From contig ACYB01000035.1 of assembly GCA_000175855.1 (NCBI GenBank), positions 300,001-332,000 of the forward strand: a stretch of 32,000 nt of DNA, given 5' to 3'. The notes beneath the pieces are model-generated. The model saw only the letters and a program-made list of their open reading frames with translations, had not been told where the DNA came from and did not search any database. Made by a program: the position numbers and the translations under genes. Below are positions 29,237-32,000 of the stretch, one piece after another; position 1 is the first letter of the stretch; every line of letters starts with the position of its first letter. Source of the stretch: Raphidiopsis brookii D9 (lineage in GTDB: Bacteria; Cyanobacteriota; Cyanobacteriia; Cyanobacteriales; Nostocaceae).

Positions 29237-31394
29237 ATGGCAGAAATTGATAAGTCAATATCCTTTGATGGACGGGATATTCGACTGAAGGTCGGATTGT
29301 TAGCCCCTCAAGCAGGTGGTTCGGTGTTGATAGAATCGGGGGACACTGCCGTTTTGGTGACGGCCACAAGATCAGAAGCCAGAGAGGGCATTGATTTTCT
29401 TCCCCTAACAGTAGATTATGAGGAAAGACTGTACGCTGCTGGAAGAATACCCGGTGGTATTATGCGCCGGGAGGGTCGTCCACCAGAAAGGGCTATTTTA
29501 ACTAGTCGTTTGATTGACCGCCCATTGCGTCCCCTGTTCCCCTCCTGGTTAAGAGATGACCTGCAAGTTATTGCTTTGACTCTTTCTATGGATGAGCTGG
29601 TGCCACCCGATGTGTTGGCTGTAACTGGAGCTTCTATTGCTACTCTGATTGCCCAAATTCCTTTCTATGGACCAATGGCAGCAGTACGTGTGGGTTTAGT
29701 TGGGGATGATTTTATTATTAACCCCACCTACGCTGAAATAGAAGCTGGTGATTTAGATTTGGTGGTTGCTGGCTCCCCCGATGGGGTAATTATGGTGGAA
29801 GCAGGAGCAAATCAGTTACCTGAACGGGATATTATTGAGGCCATTGACTTTGGTTATGAAGCAGTTAGGGATTTAATTCAAGCGCAACGAGATTTAATTG
29901 CTGAACTGGGTTTGACTATTGTTCTCCAAGAACCTCCAATACCCGATCAAAGTCTGGAAAACTATATCCGCGATCGCGCTAGTGAGGAAATCAAAAAAAT
30001 AACTCGCTCAGTTTGAGTTGACTAAAACTGAACGCGATGCTGCTCTGGATGTAGTTAAAAGTGCAATTGCATCTAGCATTGAGTCACTTGGGGAAGAAGA
30101 TCCTATTCGCACAGCTGCAACAGCTAATAGTCAAGTACTAACGAATACTTTTAAAGACATTACTAAGTACTTTATGCGTCGTCAAATTGTTGAAGACAAT
30201 GTGCGAGTAGACGGTCGTAAGTTAGATGAAGTACGTCCTGTTTCATCCCAGGTAGGACTCCTACCTCGTCGTGTTCATGGTAGTGGATTATTTAATCGTG
30301 GATTAACCCAAGTGTTATCAGCTTGTACCCTTGGCACACCGGGAGATGCCCAAAGTTTAAGTGATGATTTACAAGTGGATCAGTCTAAACGTTACTTACA
30401 TCATTACAATTTCCCTCCTTTCTCCGTAGGTGAAACTAAACCCTTGCGGGCGCCTGGAAGACGGGAAATAGGGCATGGAGCCTTAGCGGAAAGGGCAATT
30501 TTGCCTGTGCTTCCTACCAAAGAGCAATTCCCCTACGTCATTAGGGTGGTCTCGGAAGTTCTTTCTTCCAATGGCTCTACCTCTATGGGATCAGTTTGTG
30601 GATCTACACTAGCTCTCATGGATGCGGGTGTTCCCATTACTAAACCTGTCAGCGGTGCTGCTATGGGTTTGATTAAGGAAGGATCGGAAGTACGAGTACT
30701 AACTGATATTCAAGGTATTGAAGACTTTTTAGGCGATATGGACTTTAAAGTGGCCGGTACTGATACAGGAATCACCGCACTACAAATGGATATGAAAATC
30801 TCTGGCTTGTCTCTAGACGTAATTAAACAAGCCCTGGAGCAAGCTAAGGATGCTCGATTGCACATTTTGGATAAGATGTTGCAAACTATAGACAAACCAC
30901 GAACTGAAACTTCACCTTTTGCACCACGACTAGTCACAATTAAAATTGATCCTGATATGATTGGTTTGGTCATCGGTCCAGGTGGTAAGACCATCAAGGG
31001 TATTACGGAGGAAACCGGTGCTAAGATTGACATCGAAGATAGTGGTATTGTGACTATTTCCGCTATAGATGAAAGTAGAGCCAAACGGGCAAAAAGTATA
31101 ATTCAGGGCATGACCCGCAAGCTCCACGAGGGGGATGTGTACTTAGGTCGTGTAACAAGGATCATACCAATTGGGGCTTTTGTGGAATTTTTGCCTGGTA
31201 AGGAGGGCATGATCCATATTTCCCAGCTGGCCGATTATCGTGTAGGTAAGGTGGAAGATGAAGTAGCTGTTGGTGAGGAGGTAATTGTCAAGGTTCGTGA
31301 AATTGATAGTAAGGGAAGAATTAACCTGACACGATTGGGTATTCACCCAGATCAGGCAGCTGCTGCACGAGAGGCCGCAGCAACAAATCGCTAG
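29237..31394 (+). pseudogene. pnp: Polyribonucleotide nucleotidyltransferase, interrupted by a +1 frameshift near 30001 (two ORFs 29237-30016 and 30018-31394)
   Basis: N-terminal RNase PH domain ([37 protein letters not shown]), second ORF with [13 protein letters not shown]...[19 protein letters not shown] domain [23 protein letters not shown] and S1 domain [33 protein letters not shown]. Confidence 0.92.
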
Positions 31395-31542
31395 TTTTAC
31401 ATAGCTTTGTCTACAAGGTTTAAGTAAAGAGGTGTTCTGGCTCACCCCCGGTGGCCGTGACACCTGGGTAATGGGATATTCTCCAGCAATTGTATAATTT
31501 TCTTAAGTCCAAGGAAAATTTAAAATTTACAGTTGTTATTCC

Positions 31543-31809
31543 ATGGTCAGGGCTAAACGTTTACCAGAAACTACTGCCCACGTGAGAATCACCCGTCAAT
31601 CCTGGCAACATGGCCTTCTTGAGGGTGATGTCAGTGCTGGCAATTTTGAATGGCATTTTGAATGGTATTTTCTCCGGGGAGAACTTTCCATTCAACCCTC
31701 TCGGGGAAGGGCCTTGATTAGGGATCCCCTGGGACGCTTTTTAGAAAAACAAGATTATCAGTTGGAACCGGGAGGAGATTATACTTTTATTATTCGCGCC
31801 GAAATATGA
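31543..31809 (+). CDS. Conserved cyanobacterial hypothetical protein (possibly DUF3146-like), 88 aa
   Basis: Intact ORF with ordinary composition: LPETTAHVRITRQSWQHGLLEGDVSAGNFEWHFEWYFLRGELSIQPSRGRALIRDPLGRFLEKQDYQLEPGGDYTFIIRAEI. Family name is from memory and uncertain. Confidence 0.6.
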   Translation: MVRAKRLPETTAHVRITRQSWQHGLLEGDVSAGNFEWHFEWYFLRGELSIQPSRGRALIRDPLGRFLEKQDYQLEPGGDYTFIIRAEI

Positions 31810-31860
31810 ATTATAGCCACTACAGGCAATTCATAAACACTCCAATACTATTGGTCACAA

Positions 31861-32000
31861 CTAGAGGTTTTTGTGACAAACTCCAGTTTCTTCAAGATAG
31901 CGTTCAATTAAGAGAATTGCCACAATATCATCTATAACTCGTGGTGGTTGACGTAAACCTTTGGGTACGAGATTTGTCAATCCTCTGGGAGGAAACATCT
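31861..32000 (-). CDS. C-terminal end of an unidentified protein (partial, or a short ORF starting at 31998)
   Basis: Open reverse frame reaching the window edge: MFPPRGLTNLVPKGLRQPPRVIDDIVAILLIERYLEETGVCHKNL then stop TAG at 31861-31863. Confidence 0.5.
   Translation of the reverse strand, partial: MFPPRGLTNLVPKGLRQPPRVIDDIVAILLIERYLEETGVCHKNL

Noticed and set aside
31854-31877. Inverted repeat GTCACAA...TTGTGAC at the end of the partial minus-strand ORF
   Set aside because: Weak 7 bp AT-rich stem without a clear T tract; insufficient to call a terminator.
1-32000. CRISPR arrays, tRNA and rRNA genes
   Set aside because: No regularly spaced direct repeats or tRNA/rRNA-like conserved sequences were noticed on visual reading; a tRNAscan-SE or CRISPR-finder run would be decisive.

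Overview
The window looks like a chromosomal segment of a filamentous (heterocystous-type) cyanobacterium; this taxonomic call is inference from protein content and HIP1-like GCGATCGC sites. From left to right it contains: the 3'-truncated-by-window nifJ (-), a small HetP-family ORF (-), a GH65/beta-phosphoglucomutase fusion that appears to lack its catalytic core (+), a PAP/fibrillin protein (-), a LivG-type ABC ATPase (-), a nitroreductase (+), and an IS607-family element with intact tnpA and an internally deleted tnpB (+). Next come a large single-polypeptide Type ISP-like restriction-modification enzyme (-) broken by five 1-nt indels in A/T runs, and a three-gene operon of two dynamin-like GTPases flanking a small predicted membrane protein (+). 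The right part holds a decayed spacer with an acetyltransferase fragment, glgP, a DUF697-type GTPase, tpiA, folP, a stomatin/SPFH protein, pnp (split by a frameshift), a small conserved cyanobacterial ORF, and a partial ORF. The best candidate for an undescribed system is the dynamin-like operon (about 14956-20604), transcribed divergently from the restriction enzyme. No CRISPR array, rRNA or tRNA was recognised by eye.
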